DNA of 64,000 nucleotides from the NCBI GenBank assembly GCA_046045965.1, contig JBJOKS010000018.1, forward strand, positions 56,297-120,296, written 5' to 3'. Positions 1 through 10,413 of the stretch are shown piece by piece. Below the pieces are notes generated by a model. It had not been told where the DNA came from. It did not search any database and was given only the letters and a program-made list of their open reading frames with translations. Position 1 is the first letter of the stretch. Every line of letters begins with the position of its first letter. Made by a program: the position numbers and the translations under genes. Source of the DNA: Cyanobacteriota bacterium (GTDB lineage Bacteria; Cyanobacteriota; Cyanobacteriia; Cyanobacteriales; Nostocaceae).

Positions 1-990
1 TGGTCCACCGGCATTAGTTAAAATTGTTAATCTTGGACCTTTGGGTCGCGGTTGTTTTGCTAATACTTCTGACATATCAAATAAATCAGAAATACTATCA
101 ACTCTTAATACTCCACACCGACGAAAAGCTGCATCTAAAACAGCATCACTTCCTGCTAATGATCCTGTATGAGAAGCGGCCGCTTTTGCTGCTGCTGCGG
201 TACGACCAGCTTTAATAACAATTATCGGTTTTGTTAATGCTACTTCTCGCGCTGCGGAAAGAAAAGAACGCGCATCACCGATTGATTCCATATAGATTAC
301 AATACTTTTTGTATTGGGATCATCTCCCAAATAATAAATTAAGTCTCCCCAACCTATATCTAACATTGAACCGATAGAAACAAAGGCACTAAAACCAACG
401 TTTTCCTGTAAACTCCAATCCAAAATTGATGTACATAATGCCCCACTTTGACTTAAGAAACCTACATTTCCTGGTTGTGCCATTTTACTAGCAAATGTAG
501 CATTTAAACCAGAAATTGGACTCATAACTCCTAAACAGTTTGGTCCAATAATTCTAATTTTTCCTTTGTGTGCTATTTCCAGAATTTCTTGTTCTAAAGC
601 AATTCCTTTTTCTCCTGCTTCTTTAAAACCAGCAGAGATAATTATTGCTCCTTTAATTCCGGCTTTTACGCAATCAGTAATAATTTGTGGTACTGTGGGT
701 GCAGGGGTAGCAATTACCGCTAAATCAATTTTTTCAGGAACATCAAAAATTGTCGGATAGGCTTTAATTCCTAATACACTATTGCGTTTGGGATTGATGG
801 GAAATACTGTACCATTGAAAGGGTTTGTAATTAAATTCCAGAGTAAGGTTCTACCCACACTTCCGGGTTTTTCACTTGCACCAATGACGGCTACGGTTTG
901 AGGGGCAAAAATCGCGTCTAAGGGGTTGATTTTCTCGGTTTGTAAGATGTCGTAAGCTTTGTCTGTCGTTGGTTTGATAGATGCTTGCAT
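1..990 (-). CDS. Acyl/acetate-CoA ligase (NDP-forming) family protein, probably the bifunctional ligase/GNAT acetyltransferase; 5' part only, runs off the window edge
   Basis: Not in the ORF track; translated by hand from ATG at 990 (AGGAG RBS upstream): [46 protein letters not shown]...IIGPNCLG...SQSGAL...YMESIG...KAGRT...SHTGSLAG...TNAGGP, the CoA-binding and ligase motifs. The GNAT part would lie outside the window. Confidence 0.88.
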   Translation of the reverse strand, partial: MQASIKPTTDKAYDILQTEKINPLDAIFAPQTVAVIGASEKPGSVGRTLLWNLITNPFNGTVFPINPKRNSVLGIKAYPTIFDVPEKIDLAVIATPAPTVPQIITDCVKAGIKGAIIISAGFKEAGEKGIALEQEILEIAHKGKIRIIGPNCLGVMSPISGLNATFASKMAQPGNVGFLSQSGALCTSILDWSLQENVGFSAFVSIGSMLDIGWGDLIYYLGDDPNTKSIVIYMESIGDARSFLSAAREVALTKPIIVIKAGRTAAAAKAAASHTGSLAGSDAVLDAAFRRCGVLRVDSISDLFDMSEVLAKQPRPKGPRLTILTNAGGP

Positions 991-1073
991 AATTACTCCT
1001 TAATTAGTTATTAGTCATTAGTTATTGGGTATTAGTGTTTTTTTTCAATTACCCATTACCTATTACCCATTTT

Positions 1074-1541
1074 TCACTCTGAATTCATCCCTAAATTGTT
1101 ATGTTTATCTAGAATTTGCATAATTTTTGATAGTGCAGTGGTAATACCTTTTTGTGCTGTAGGTGAAATGCGATCGCTCAATTCAAAATTAACACCTGGG
1201 ACAGTGACTAACCATGCTAATGGACAATTACCATAGAGAAATTGAGCCAGAAAAAGTAAGGTTTGCGGATCACTTGTATGGGGATTAATAGTATTTGATT
1301 CACTAGGTAATAATGGTTTTACCTGTACTTCATGAGATTGGGAATTAATACAGGCATCCACAAAAATTGCTAACTGAGAATTTGCCAAAGGTTCAGCTAA
1401 TTCTGGTGTAAGTTGGTGAACAGCAACTGATTTTACAGATGATAAACACCAAAATTTTATAGCCTTTGCTACCTGTTGTCCAATGGCATCATCACCCCGT
1501 AATTCATTACCGTAACCAATCACTATTGCAGTTCCACTCAT
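1074..1541 (-). CDS. hoxW: Hydrogenase maturation endopeptidase for HoxH
   Basis: GYGNELRGDDAIG, HQLTPEL, IFVDA and H-x-x-x-P motifs; close to the hox cluster. Confidence 0.9.
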   Translation of the reverse strand: MSGTAIVIGYGNELRGDDAIGQQVAKAIKFWCLSSVKSVAVHQLTPELAEPLANSQLAIFVDACINSQSHEVQVKPLLPSESNTINPHTSDPQTLLFLAQFLYGNCPLAWLVTVPGVNFELSDRISPTAQKGITTALSKIMQILDKHNNLGMNSE

Positions 1542-1725
1542 TACCTGATCATCCTCTTAGTAAGTCACTAATTGCTTGTATTATTAGACATTTTAGCTTT
1601 TGGATTGCTAATTCCCTTTCCCTTGTAAATATACCTTGGTTGAAATCCATCTCTCACAATCATTTGACAAATTAGTAGAATTGGCATATTGTCATTTAAA
1701 ATCAGCATTCTCTTCTTTATATTTG

Positions 1726-1759
1726 AGCTTAAAACAAAAGTTTGAGGAACTTGTGAGGA
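1726..1759 (-). promoter_or_regulatory. Putative OmpR/PhoB-type direct-repeat box (TCCTCAC-AAGT-TCCTCAA) plus -10 element TAAGCT, upstream of hoxW
   Basis: TTTGAGGAACTTGTGAGGA (1741-1759) is exactly repeated at 10429-10447; 7-4-7 repeat followed 10 nt later by TAAGCT on the minus strand. Confidence 0.65.
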
Positions 1760-1909
1760 AATATAATAATTTAACAATTACTATTTTTCGACAACTTGAC
1801 AAATTTATGTTAATACTCTATTCCTTTTCAGAATTATTAGTTATATGATTAATTTGCGTGGTGAAATCAAACCCGTTAAAAAAAATTAGATAAATTGTGA
1901 GGCTGTTTT

Positions 1910-2296
1910 ATGCCTGAAGTAAATTTTCAACAGCCAATTAAGAGTGCTGCTACTCTGATTGAGGAATATGTAGCGGGAAAACGAGACTTTGAACGAGCAG
2001 AATTAGGTGATGCTAATCTGCAAGGTGTAGACTTAAAAGGGTCTGACCTCAGCTATGCTGATTTAAGTACAGCCAACCTCAGCCGTGCTATTCTGCGGGG
2101 ATGTGATCTTAGCTATACTGATTTGAGTCAAGCTAATTTACAAAATGCAGATTTGCGAGGTGCGATGTTGTTTTCTGCGGATCTGCGTCAAGCTGATTTA
2201 CAGGGAACACGTTTAGAAAAAGCAGATTGCGACCATAACACCCATTTTCCCCCAAATTTTGATGCTATTACAGCTGGTGTAAAGATGAGCAAATAA
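1910..2296 (+). CDS. Pentapeptide repeat protein
   Basis: Y-x-A-G-x-R-D-F start followed by tandem A(D/N)Lxx repeats. Confidence 0.92.
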   Translation: MPEVNFQQPIKSAATLIEEYVAGKRDFERAELGDANLQGVDLKGSDLSYADLSTANLSRAILRGCDLSYTDLSQANLQNADLRGAMLFSADLRQADLQGTRLEKADCDHNTHFPPNFDAITAGVKMSK

Positions 2297-2312
2297 CCGG
2301 ATGAATACTGAT

Positions 2313-2338
2313 GCGGCTATATCAGCCGCCTATTTTTA
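2313..2338 (+). terminator. Intrinsic terminator-like hairpin
   Basis: GCGGCT-ATATC-AGCCGC followed by CTATTTTT just after the pentapeptide gene stop. Confidence 0.5.
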
Positions 2339-2409
2339 TACAGATGTAAATATTAAAAGTTAATAAAACCCTAATAGATCACTTGACAAATATAATAGCA
2401 GATTTGATA

Positions 2410-2517
2410 TATAGCAGTTCCCATGCTCGTGAGGTACAAAGTTTTTTAGTTTTAGGGAACAGGGAAATCTTAACAGGGAATAAATTGGTATTTACTTCAT
2501 TAGACTGAGCAACTCTA
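2410..2517. mobile_element. Degenerate MITE-like element (TATAGC-type end)
   Basis: Left end TATAGCAGTTCCCATGCTCGTGAGGTACA; the right end is only a weak inverted match; AGGGAAC-type repeats inside. Confidence 0.4.
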
Positions 2518-2550
2518 CAATATCATACGTTATATTATAGTAAAAATTAC

Positions 2551-2667
2551 TATAGGAATCATATTTGATTCTTGAAAAACACTCCTTACACTTTCCTTGT
2601 TAAGAGTTCCCTGTTAAGATTTCCCTCTCTACACAGATAATTTCAAAAATCAAATACCAGTCCTATA
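2551..2667. mobile_element. MITE with 27-bp terminal inverted repeats and TA ends (IS630/Tc1-mariner-like)
   Basis: TATAGGAATCATATTTGATTCTTGAAA ... TTTCAAAAATCAAATACCAGTCCTATA, 23/27 inverted match. Confidence 0.72.
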
Positions 2668-2689
2668 TCAACCGAAATTAATAAAACCC

Positions 2690-3205
2690 ATGAGAAAGAT
2701 CCGCTTATTTATTGCTTCTAGTCTCGACGGATATATTGCAGATAAAACCGGGAAAGTAGATTGGTTATTTACTGACGATGATTATGGTTATTCTGAGTTT
2801 TTTAACCAAATAGATACTTTAATCATGGGAAATAAAACATATCAACAAATTCTCGGTTTTGGTGAATATCCCTATCCTGGAAAAGAAGCATTTGTTTTTT
2901 CCAAGATGCAGCATGGAGAACAAGATGATCATGTCAAATTTGTCGGGGAAGATTTAGAGAACTTTATCAAAAACTTACGTCGATCTAGTGGTGATGATAT
3001 TTGGCTAGTTGGTGGTTCACAGGTAATCGAATTTTTTATGGAAAAGGGATTTTTGGATGAAATTATTATTGCTATCCATCCAATTATTTTAGGGGATGGT
3101 ATTCCTTTATTTAGCAAGAATACCAATATTACGCAAAGATTAGATTTAATAGATGTGAAAACGTATCCTTCGGGATTAGTGCAAGTTTATTATTTATTCT
3201 GTTAA
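2690..3205 (+). CDS. Dihydrofolate reductase-like / RibD C-terminal domain protein
   Basis: IASSLDGYIA, MGNKTY, IWLVGG, LDEIIIAIHPIILGDGIPLF. Confidence 0.9.
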   Translation: MRKIRLFIASSLDGYIADKTGKVDWLFTDDDYGYSEFFNQIDTLIMGNKTYQQILGFGEYPYPGKEAFVFSKMQHGEQDDHVKFVGEDLENFIKNLRRSSGDDIWLVGGSQVIEFFMEKGFLDEIIIAIHPIILGDGIPLFSKNTNITQRLDLIDVKTYPSGLVQVYYLFC

Positions 3206-3260
3206 ATCAATGATCACCGCTTGACTTCACCCCTTTCAATAACAAAAATTTTTCCTTTTT

Positions 3261-3278
3261 CCTCCCCTGTAGGGGAGG
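3261..3278. repeat. Short palindrome between convergent genes (possible bidirectional terminator)
   Basis: CCTCCCCT-GT-AGGGGAGG. Confidence 0.5.
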
Positions 3279-3303
3279 GTTAGGGAATGGGGAATCTCAA
3301 TAA

Positions 3304-4752
3304 TTAATCCCTGACAATTTGATTAACTATTGTGCCATCTTTTGCCACTAATTCTATTAGTACAGGCATTTGTCCCACCGCATGAGTAGAACAACTTAAA
3401 CAAGGATCAAAAGCCCGAATACCAGCCTCCACACGGTTTAACATTCCTTCTTTAATTTCACTACCTTGGATAAAATAACGGGCAATTTGAGCAACTGTAC
3501 GATTCATTGCTAAGTTATTTTGACCAGTTGCAATAATTAAATTTACCTTCAACATCAAACCATTTTCATCAACTTGATAATGATGGAATAAAGTCCCCCT
3601 TGGTGCTTCACTCACACCCACAGCTTCTAATTGATTAATACCAGCTTCCGCACGCAGACGAGTTGATAAAATCTCTGGGTCATCAAGTAAAATTTCGATG
3701 TGTTCAATACAAGCCAAAATTTCAATTAACCGCGCATAGTGATAAAAGAAAGAAGATTTTACCGTACCAGTTCCATAACTGCGAAATTCTTTTAATTCCT
3801 TATCAGCTAAAGGTGTACCAATGTGACTGCAAATATTCAATCTTGCTAAAGGTCCAACCCGATACATTCCACTATCTAAACGACAATGATCACTTGTGTC
3901 TGGATAGCCTAAAGGACGATAGTAAGGAGATTTCAAATAAGAATCTTCTTGAACTGCTTCACCAAGAAATTCTTGATAATTAGCAGCATCTAATTTATCA
4001 GCAACTATGTTTCCCGCACTATCAACAAAACGGATATGTCCATCATAAGTTTCCCATAAACCTTCTGATGTGACTAACCCCATAAATAAACTAGGGAAAT
4101 TACCAAAAGTTTGCGCTTCTTTTTCGTAATCTTTTAACAAGCCCTTAAATAAATCTATGGCATTTAAAACAGTGGTTTTAGCTTCAGGAATACGTTGTTG
4201 AATGTGAGTGCGATTTTCTTGGGTTAAAGGATCACTAACTCCACCAGGAACCGCCCAAGAAGGATGGATTTTTTTCCCTCCTAATAATTCAATAATTTCT
4301 TGTCCAAATTGCCGTAAACGAATACCACCTCTGGCTAATTCTGGATCTGCGGCTATCAAACCAAATACGTTACGGTTAGCAGGTTCGCTATCCATTCCTA
4401 ATAATAAATCTGGGGCGCTAAGGTGAAAGAAACTCAAAGCATGAGATTGGACAATTTGCCCTAAATTCATTAAACGGCGTAATTTTGTAGCGGTTTTGGG
4501 GATAGTTACAGCCAGAATTTGGTCGCCTGTTTTTGCTGATGCTAACAAATGGCTTACCGGACAAATACCGCAAATTCTCGCAGTAATTCCTGGCATTTCT
4601 GGAAACGGACGACCCACACAAAACTTTTCAAAACCGCGAAATTCTGTCACATGAAACCGCGCATCATTTACTTGACCGTCATCGTCTAAATAAATGCTAA
4701 TTTTCGCGTGTCCTTCAATGCGAGTAACCGGATCAATAATTATTTTTTTCAT
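3304..4752 (-). CDS. hoxH: Bidirectional NiFe-hydrogenase large subunit
   Basis: [16 protein letters not shown] and DPCLSCSTH with a cleavable C-terminal tail. Start placed at ATG 4752 (MKKIIIDP); the upstream extension in the ORF track is STRR read-through. Confidence 0.96.
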   Translation of the reverse strand: MKKIIIDPVTRIEGHAKISIYLDDDGQVNDARFHVTEFRGFEKFCVGRPFPEMPGITARICGICPVSHLLASAKTGDQILAVTIPKTATKLRRLMNLGQIVQSHALSFFHLSAPDLLLGMDSEPANRNVFGLIAADPELARGGIRLRQFGQEIIELLGGKKIHPSWAVPGGVSDPLTQENRTHIQQRIPEAKTTVLNAIDLFKGLLKDYEKEAQTFGNFPSLFMGLVTSEGLWETYDGHIRFVDSAGNIVADKLDAANYQEFLGEAVQEDSYLKSPYYRPLGYPDTSDHCRLDSGMYRVGPLARLNICSHIGTPLADKELKEFRSYGTGTVKSSFFYHYARLIEILACIEHIEILLDDPEILSTRLRAEAGINQLEAVGVSEAPRGTLFHHYQVDENGLMLKVNLIIATGQNNLAMNRTVAQIARYFIQGSEIKEGMLNRVEAGIRAFDPCLSCSTHAVGQMPVLIELVAKDGTIVNQIVRD

Positions 4753-4756
4753 AAGA

Positions 4757-4791
4757 GACTGGGGACTGGGGACTGGGGACTGGGGACTGGG
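4757..4791. repeat. STRR1-type heptamer array (GACTGGG/CCCAGTC)
   Basis: Five tandem GACTGGG units immediately upstream of the hoxH start. Confidence 0.9.
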
Positions 4792-4836
4792 AATTACTAT
4801 TTTCTCAATCCCCAATTATGAATTACGAATTATCAA

Positions 4837-5451
4837 TTACAGATCATAAACCCTAGCTTCTTCGGCTTCTGGATACTCTTCACAGTATTCTTCAAAAGCT
4901 GTTTTTAGGGGTTTCATAGCCCGTTGGTGAGAAATTTCGGCTTGTATTTCTTCTACCACATCCCAAGCGGCTGCACATTCGGGGGAATTAATACCTTTGT
5001 CTGCACAAACAAGACGGGCTTTTCTAATTTCATCTTGTAATTCTTGTTCTAACAGAATTGAATGAGGTTTTTCTAAAGAACTGCTTCCAGCCAAGATATC
5101 AGTTAATGAGATTATTCCTAATAATTCACCACTAATTACAGGCGCACGCCGCAAATGATGATCAGCAAATAATCTCGCTACATATTCTAAACCCAGACTA
5201 GGATTAACAACAATGCAAGGTTTAGTCATGATTTCATAGATACGGACTTTATTTGGGTCTTTTCCATAAGCTATAACTTTATAAACAATATCGCTTTCAG
5301 TCACAATTCCATAAGCATCTTGTTCATGACGACGATCTACAATTAACGCTCTCCAGTCTCTAGCTTTCATTAAATCAACCGCTTCTTTGACTGTAGCAGA
5401 ACCACGAATCATTGCTACATCTTTTGTCATTACATCTGCTGCTGTTAACAT
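4837..5451 (-). CDS. CBS-pair/CP12 fusion protein
   Basis: Two CBS repeats, then the CP12 core C-x9-CAAAWDVVEE and EEYC...PEAEE.RVYD. Confidence 0.88.
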   Translation of the reverse strand: MLTAADVMTKDVAMIRGSATVKEAVDLMKARDWRALIVDRRHEQDAYGIVTESDIVYKVIAYGKDPNKVRIYEIMTKPCIVVNPSLGLEYVARLFADHHLRRAPVISGELLGIISLTDILAGSSSLEKPHSILLEQELQDEIRKARLVCADKGINSPECAAAWDVVEEIQAEISHQRAMKPLKTAFEEYCEEYPEAEEARVYDL

Positions 5452-5529
5452 AATTCACCTCTTTAAAAAATAGGGTACTGGGTACTGGGTACTGGGTACT
5501 GGGGATAATAATTAATTACCAATTACCAA

Positions 5530-6075
5530 TTACCCAAACTTAATCATTTCTCTGCCTTCCATTAGTGGTTTTTCTCCTTTTAATAATGGTTCAAGTGTGG
5601 CACGAATACGGGGGGCTGAAGGTGGACAACCGGGTAAATAAATATCAACTGGTACTACATAATGAACAGGTATAACTGTATCAAGTAATGGGGGAACTAT
5701 ACCAGGTGAATGGGGAATTTTTTGGTTAATATCAGCACCTTGAATATAAGCTAATTGCAAGCTGACATCAGCATTTCCTGTCGGGTTACGCATGGCGGTT
5801 ACATTACCAGTTACAGCGCAATCTCCAAAGGAAATTATTGTTTTGGTGCGTTGTCTAATAATGTGGATTAATTCTAAATGTTCTTCGTTAGCTATAGCCC
5901 CTTCAACTAATACCACATCCACACCTTCTGGATATTCTTTAATATCAGCAATGGGACTATAAACTACATCCACTTGTTCGGCTAAATCTATTAACCATTC
6001 ATCCAAATCAAGAAAAGACATATGACATCCAGAACAACCACCTAACCATACTGTTGCGAATTTAATTTTAGTCAT
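5530..6075 (-). CDS. hoxY: Bidirectional hydrogenase small subunit
   Basis: WLGGCSGCHMSFLD, FGDCA, LPGCPP. Confidence 0.96.
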   Translation of the reverse strand: MTKIKFATVWLGGCSGCHMSFLDLDEWLIDLAEQVDVVYSPIADIKEYPEGVDVVLVEGAIANEEHLELIHIIRQRTKTIISFGDCAVTGNVTAMRNPTGNADVSLQLAYIQGADINQKIPHSPGIVPPLLDTVIPVHYVVPVDIYLPGCPPSAPRIRATLEPLLKGEKPLMEGREMIKFG

Positions 6076-6103
6076 TTTTTACCTTGTTAGTAATTTGTTT
6101 TTT

Positions 6104-6132
6104 GTAGGGGTTTAGGATTGCTAAAACCTTAC
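6104..6132. repeat. GTAG-type REP-like palindrome
   Basis: GTAGGGGTTTAG-GATTG-CTAAAACCTTAC, an imperfect inverted repeat inside the hox operon. Confidence 0.55.
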
Positions 6133-6134
6133 TT

Positions 6135-6656
6135 TCAATGATCATTTGTAATTAATGATTTCCATTCTTTAACAACATGAACAGGAACTGAGAGATTAAT
6201 AGATTTGAGACCAGGTAAAGGTATTGCTAAATTTAAAGATTCTGGAGGTAATTGGGGCAGTATTTTAGTGAAATCATATTGACCAATAGTAGGGGCTGGT
6301 GCTTCATCTAAAAACACATCTGCTGCATTCCAAACTTTACCTGTATCTGAGGTGATTTTTAAAGGTTGGGGATGAATTAATTCCGCAGTACCAGGAAAAC
6401 CAACTAACCGGAGATTGATTGTAGTTGCTTCACCAGGATAGACTTGTTTAAATAATACAACCTGCCAAACCTTACCTGATTGATCATCTAATTTTGTTTG
6501 TGAGCGATAAAGAATTTCTCCTGGTATTTCTTCTATTTTGGTAACAACAGCAATTGCACTCTTGAAGGTGAAATTTGCTAAACCCAGGAATATAACTATT
6601 GTCAATATTCCCAGTAATATCACCCGTAAAAATATTTTTCCAATCCAGTGGAACAT
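6135..6656 (-). CDS. Exported/membrane-anchored conserved cyanobacterial protein (DUF3122-like) between hoxU and hoxY
   Basis: N-terminal hydrophobic segment; YRS..L.D..G..WQVVLFK and LRLVGFPG...HP.PL motifs; GGAGG RBS. Confidence 0.7.
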   Translation of the reverse strand: MFHWIGKIFLRVILLGILTIVIFLGLANFTFKSAIAVVTKIEEIPGEILYRSQTKLDDQSGKVWQVVLFKQVYPGEATTINLRLVGFPGTAELIHPQPLKITSDTGKVWNAADVFLDEAPAPTIGQYDFTKILPQLPPESLNLAIPLPGLKSINLSVPVHVVKEWKSLITNDH

Positions 6657-6707
6657 CAGATTTACCTCCCGGTAATTGATAAGAAATATTCCCCGGTTCC
6701 CAACCTT

Positions 6708-7424
6708 CTAAAAATTCCATTGTTTTTTCTCCCTTGCAGTGACTAAAAAATCAATTTTGCCCCGTTCATGTACCATTTCACTGACGCTTGAACCTTTATT
6801 AAACAGCGCACCTGTGGGACAGGCATTCACACATTTACCACAGGAAGTACAAGTTTGAGAAGTTCCCCAAGGCTGATTTAAATCAGTAATCACGTGAGAT
6901 TTTGATCCTCTTCCTGCCATATCCCAAGTATGTGCGCCTTCGATTTCATCACAGACACGAACACAACGAGTACAAAGTACACAACGATTATGATCAATCC
7001 CAAAACGGTCATGAGAAGTATCAACGGCACGAACAGGATTTTGATATTCTAATCTGACGTGATCCATACCCATTTCGATAGCTAAATCTTGTAATTCACA
7101 ATTGCCATTAGCAACACAAACAGAACAAATGTGATTACCTTCTGCAAATAGCATTTCGATGATTGTACGACGGTATTTTTGCAAGCGATCGCTGTTTGTC
7201 GTCACCTCCATTCCTTCTGAAACTTTTGTGACACAAGCTGGTAAAAGTCTATTCATCCCCGCAATTTCTACCAAACACAATCTACAAGCTCCCACATCTC
7301 CCACACCTTCTAAATGACAAAGTGTAGGAATATGCACACCCGCTTCTTGCGCTGCTTCTAATAAGGTTTCATCCTCACGGGCGCTAATCATTTGCCCGTT
7401 AATTGTTAATGTTTTTACTGTCAT
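6708..7424 (-). CDS. hoxU: Diaphorase subunit (2Fe-2S/4Fe-4S)
   Basis: [40 protein letters not shown]. Confidence 0.96.
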   Translation of the reverse strand: MTVKTLTINGQMISAREDETLLEAAQEAGVHIPTLCHLEGVGDVGACRLCLVEIAGMNRLLPACVTKVSEGMEVTTNSDRLQKYRRTIIEMLFAEGNHICSVCVANGNCELQDLAIEMGMDHVRLEYQNPVRAVDTSHDRFGIDHNRCVLCTRCVRVCDEIEGAHTWDMAGRGSKSHVITDLNQPWGTSQTCTSCGKCVNACPTGALFNKGSSVSEMVHERGKIDFLVTAREKKQWNF

Positions 7425-7429
7425 AATAA

Positions 7430-7560
7430 TTTGGTAATGGGTAATGGGTAATTGCTAATTGGTGATTGGTAATTGGTGATAGGGAAGAAAGAATAAACTC
7501 TTGCCTTTTGCCTTTTGCCTCTTGCCTTCTTACTGTTCCCTGTTCCCTGTTCCCTATTCC
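7430..7560. repeat. Composite STRR block (GGTAATT-like array, conserved spacer, TTTTGCC array, CTGTTCC array)
   Basis: Three heptamer arrays; the 25-bp core 7489-7513 is identical to 50210-50234. Confidence 0.85.
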
Positions 7561-9152
7561 CTAACTAATGCCAAATACTCATCATGGAAATAACGCAAAG
7601 TGCTAAAAACGGGATTTGGTGCAGACTGGCCTAAACCACATAAACTTGTGTGTTTCACCATGTCGCAAAGTTCTTCTAATAATTGCAAATCAGCTTTTGC
7701 TGCTTTTCCTTCACTAATCTTGGTTAATAAATCATGTAGTTGCACAGTTCCCACTCGACAAGGAATACATTTACCACAAGATTCATCCATGCAAAATTCC
7801 ATGAAAAATCTCGCCACATCTACCATATTTGTGGTTTGATCCATCACAATCATCCCACCAGATCCCATCATTGAACCTAACGCGGTTAAGGATTCGTAAT
7901 CTACAGGTGTAGCAAATGCTGATGCTGGGATACATCCCCCGGAAGGTCCGCCTGTTTGTACTGCTTTAGCAATACCATCGGGAACTCCTCCCCCCATTTC
8001 TTCGACAATTTGTTGTAAAGTTGTCCCCATTGGAACTTCAATTAAACCAGTGTTGCGGATTTTTCCAGCTAAAGCAAAAACCTTTGTACCTTTACTTTTT
8101 TCTGTGCCAATATTAGCAAACCAATCAGCACCATTTCTGATAATTGGGGCAATATTAGCAAAGGTTTCTACATTGTTAATTAAGGTTGGATAACCCCATA
8201 AACCTGATTCAGCCGGGTATGGTGGACGGGGATGAGGGACACCGCGTTTACCTTCAATAGAAGCCATTAACGCCGTTTCTTCACCGCAAACATAAGCCCC
8301 TGCACCGATGCGAATTTCAATTTTAAAATCAAAAGGTGATTCAAAAATTTGTGAACCTAAAAGTCCTAAACGTTGGGCTTGACGAATTGCAGTTTCTAAT
8401 CTTTTAATAGCAATCGGATATTCTGCCCTGACATAAATATAACCTTGAGTTGCACCGATGGCATAAGCTGCGATCGCCATTCCTTCTAACACTCGATGGG
8501 GATCACTCTCCAACACACTCCGATCCATAAATGCACCGGGATCACCTTCATCAGCATTGCAAATTACAAACTTTTTCTCACCTTTTGATTTTGCTACTGT
8601 CGCCCATTTTAAACCGGTGGGATAACCAGCACCACCCCTTCCTCTTAACCCACTTTTAGTAATAGTTTCTACTACCTCAGTTGGTTTCATTTCTCTTAAT
8701 ACTTGGTAAAGGGCTTGATAACCATTTTCTACAATGTAAGATTGAATTCTTTCTGGGTCAACTTTACCACTGTTTTCTAACACAATCGGTAACTGACCAG
8801 TAAAAAATGGCTGCTGCAAATCTTGTTGTTTTAAATTCGTTTCTTCTCCTTGAATACTTGCAATAACTTTTGCGGCCTCCTCTGGGGTAACTTGTTCATA
8901 AAGTTTCGTTTCTTTGTTGTTTTCTTGATCCACTTGTACCAAAGGACCTTGACAACAAAGCCGCATACAACCCACACCAGAAACATGAATCTGATCTTCT
9001 AAACCCGCAGCTTTTACAGATTTATCTAAATTATCTTTTACTGCTTGAGAACCGGAAGATAAACAACCCGCAGCTGTACAACAACGAATCTGCACAGGTT
9101 TCGCTTGAGAACGTTCAGTTCTCGCAATTTCTAATAATTCATTTAGTTCCAT
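7554..9152 (-). CDS. hoxF: Diaphorase NADH/FMN-binding subunit
   Basis: [53 protein letters not shown]. Confidence 0.96.
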   Translation of the reverse strand: MELNELLEIARTERSQAKPVQIRCCTAAGCLSSGSQAVKDNLDKSVKAAGLEDQIHVSGVGCMRLCCQGPLVQVDQENNKETKLYEQVTPEEAAKVIASIQGEETNLKQQDLQQPFFTGQLPIVLENSGKVDPERIQSYIVENGYQALYQVLREMKPTEVVETITKSGLRGRGGAGYPTGLKWATVAKSKGEKKFVICNADEGDPGAFMDRSVLESDPHRVLEGMAIAAYAIGATQGYIYVRAEYPIAIKRLETAIRQAQRLGLLGSQIFESPFDFKIEIRIGAGAYVCGEETALMASIEGKRGVPHPRPPYPAESGLWGYPTLINNVETFANIAPIIRNGADWFANIGTEKSKGTKVFALAGKIRNTGLIEVPMGTTLQQIVEEMGGGVPDGIAKAVQTGGPSGGCIPASAFATPVDYESLTALGSMMGSGGMIVMDQTTNMVDVARFFMEFCMDESCGKCIPCRVGTVQLHDLLTKISEGKAAKADLQLLEELCDMVKHTSLCGLGQSAPNPVFSTLRYFHDEYLALVRE

Positions 9153-9651
9153 TTTCCTGCCATTCTCCCACTTTTTCGCAAACTGATTCTGAGGTTTGAT
9201 TTCCTAAAACTGCACCATCAAAAACTACCGCAGGTGCAATACCACAAGCACCCAAACACCTCGCTGTCATCAAGGAAATTTCCCCATCTGGGGTTGTTTC
9301 TCCAGCTTTAATATGAGTGGCTGTTTCTAAACTTTTTAAAATTTCTTGTGCGCCTTTCACATAACAAGCTGTACCCGTACAAACTACACAATTATGTTTA
9401 CCTTTCGGTGCCAGGGAAAACAAATGATAGAAAGTGGCAACTCCATACACACGACTCGGTGGTAATTTCAATTGATGGGCAATGTACAATAATAAGTCTA
9501 ACTCTAAATAACCGAATAATTCCGAAGCTCGATGGAGAATTTCAATTAGTGCATCTTGTTGATATTGATGACGTTTGATAGTTGCATCCAACATCTTCAA
9601 ACGTTTATCACCACTGGGATGAGTAGATGGGGGTGAAACAGAAGTTTTCAT
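9139..9651 (-). CDS. hoxE: Diaphorase 2Fe-2S subunit (NuoE-like)
   Basis: GVATFYH, CTGTAC, CLGAC; overlaps the hoxF start. Confidence 0.96.
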   Translation of the reverse strand: MKTSVSPPSTHPSGDKRLKMLDATIKRHQYQQDALIEILHRASELFGYLELDLLLYIAHQLKLPPSRVYGVATFYHLFSLAPKGKHNCVVCTGTACYVKGAQEILKSLETATHIKAGETTPDGEISLMTARCLGACGIAPAVVFDGAVLGNQTSESVCEKVGEWQENGTK

Positions 9652-9652
9652 G

Positions 9653-9737
9653 ATTGGTAATTGGTAATTGGTAATTGGTAATTGGTAATTGGTAATTGGT
9701 AATTGGTAATTGGTAATTGGTAATTGGTAATTGGTAA
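9653..9737. repeat. Heptamer STRR array ATTGGTA x12
   Basis: Perfect tandem array abutting the hoxE start codon. Confidence 0.95.
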
Positions 9738-9753
9738 TATTTAAAAATCTTCC

Positions 9754-10251
9754 CTATTCCCCATTCTCTATTCCCTCAAAATGGATAATATGCACAGAAC
9801 AAGGGGCATGATGTAAAACATAATTGCTGACACTACCAATTAAAAATTCGGTGATACCAGAAAGTCCTCTTCTTCCAATCACAATCAAATCAGCATTCCA
9901 TGTCTTAGCCATTTGGCAAATTATTTTACCGGGACTACCCACATTTTGCGTAAATTCTGTGTTAAGGTTTTCTGTATTGGCTTGGGCGCAGAATGCTTGT
10001 AACATTTCCAAACCTTCGTTTTGATGGACTGCCAACTTTTGCAAGTACCTTTTCATACTGTCATCACCCCAGCCTGGATAATAATCCATCTGAGAAATAA
10101 GCATCATATCAGGAATACCATCTTCATCTGGTGATAGAACGTGTAGTAGCATTAAGTTAGCTGATGTCAGCTTTGCTAAAGACAGGGCTTGTTCAAAAAC
10201 TTGCTTACCCATGTCCGAACAATCCAATGCCACTAAAATTTTGTTAAACAT
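9754..10251 (-). CDS. Universal stress protein (UspA family), first gene of the hox operon
   Basis: MFNKILVALD ... ADLIVIGRRG...IGSVSNYVLHHAPCSV; GAGGG RBS favours ATG 10251. Confidence 0.93.
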   Translation of the reverse strand: MFNKILVALDCSDMGKQVFEQALSLAKLTSANLMLLHVLSPDEDGIPDMMLISQMDYYPGWGDDSMKRYLQKLAVHQNEGLEMLQAFCAQANTENLNTEFTQNVGSPGKIICQMAKTWNADLIVIGRRGLSGITEFLIGSVSNYVLHHAPCSVHIIHFEGIENGE

Positions 10252-10413
10252 AGATACCCTCATTTTAGCTCGCTCATGATTAACAATAGCTCTTTCTGTT
10301 GTATGAATTCCTGTTTGGTAAAAATACGTTTATTTCATTTGGATTTCGTTACAATCATCTTCACAATTCGTTAATCTAAACACCTATCCTTGTACTTGGT
10401 TCTACACTTATGC

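Noticed and set aside
24..760. Plus-strand ORFs 24-215 and 566-760
   Set aside because: Antisense shadows of the acyl-CoA ligase gene. The same applies to the other short ORFs overlapping long genes on the opposite strand or in another frame.
4753..4815. 21-aa N-terminal extension of HoxH ([21 protein letters not shown]) in the ORF track
   Set aside because: It is the translation of a CCCAGTC heptamer array from a TTG; HoxH homologues begin at the M-x-x-I-x-I-D-P position (ATG 4752)
10391..10403. Possible LexA box TGTACTTGGTTCT upstream of the hox operon
   Set aside because: The spacing between GTAC and GTTC is one base shorter than the Anabaena RGTACNNNDGTWCB consensus
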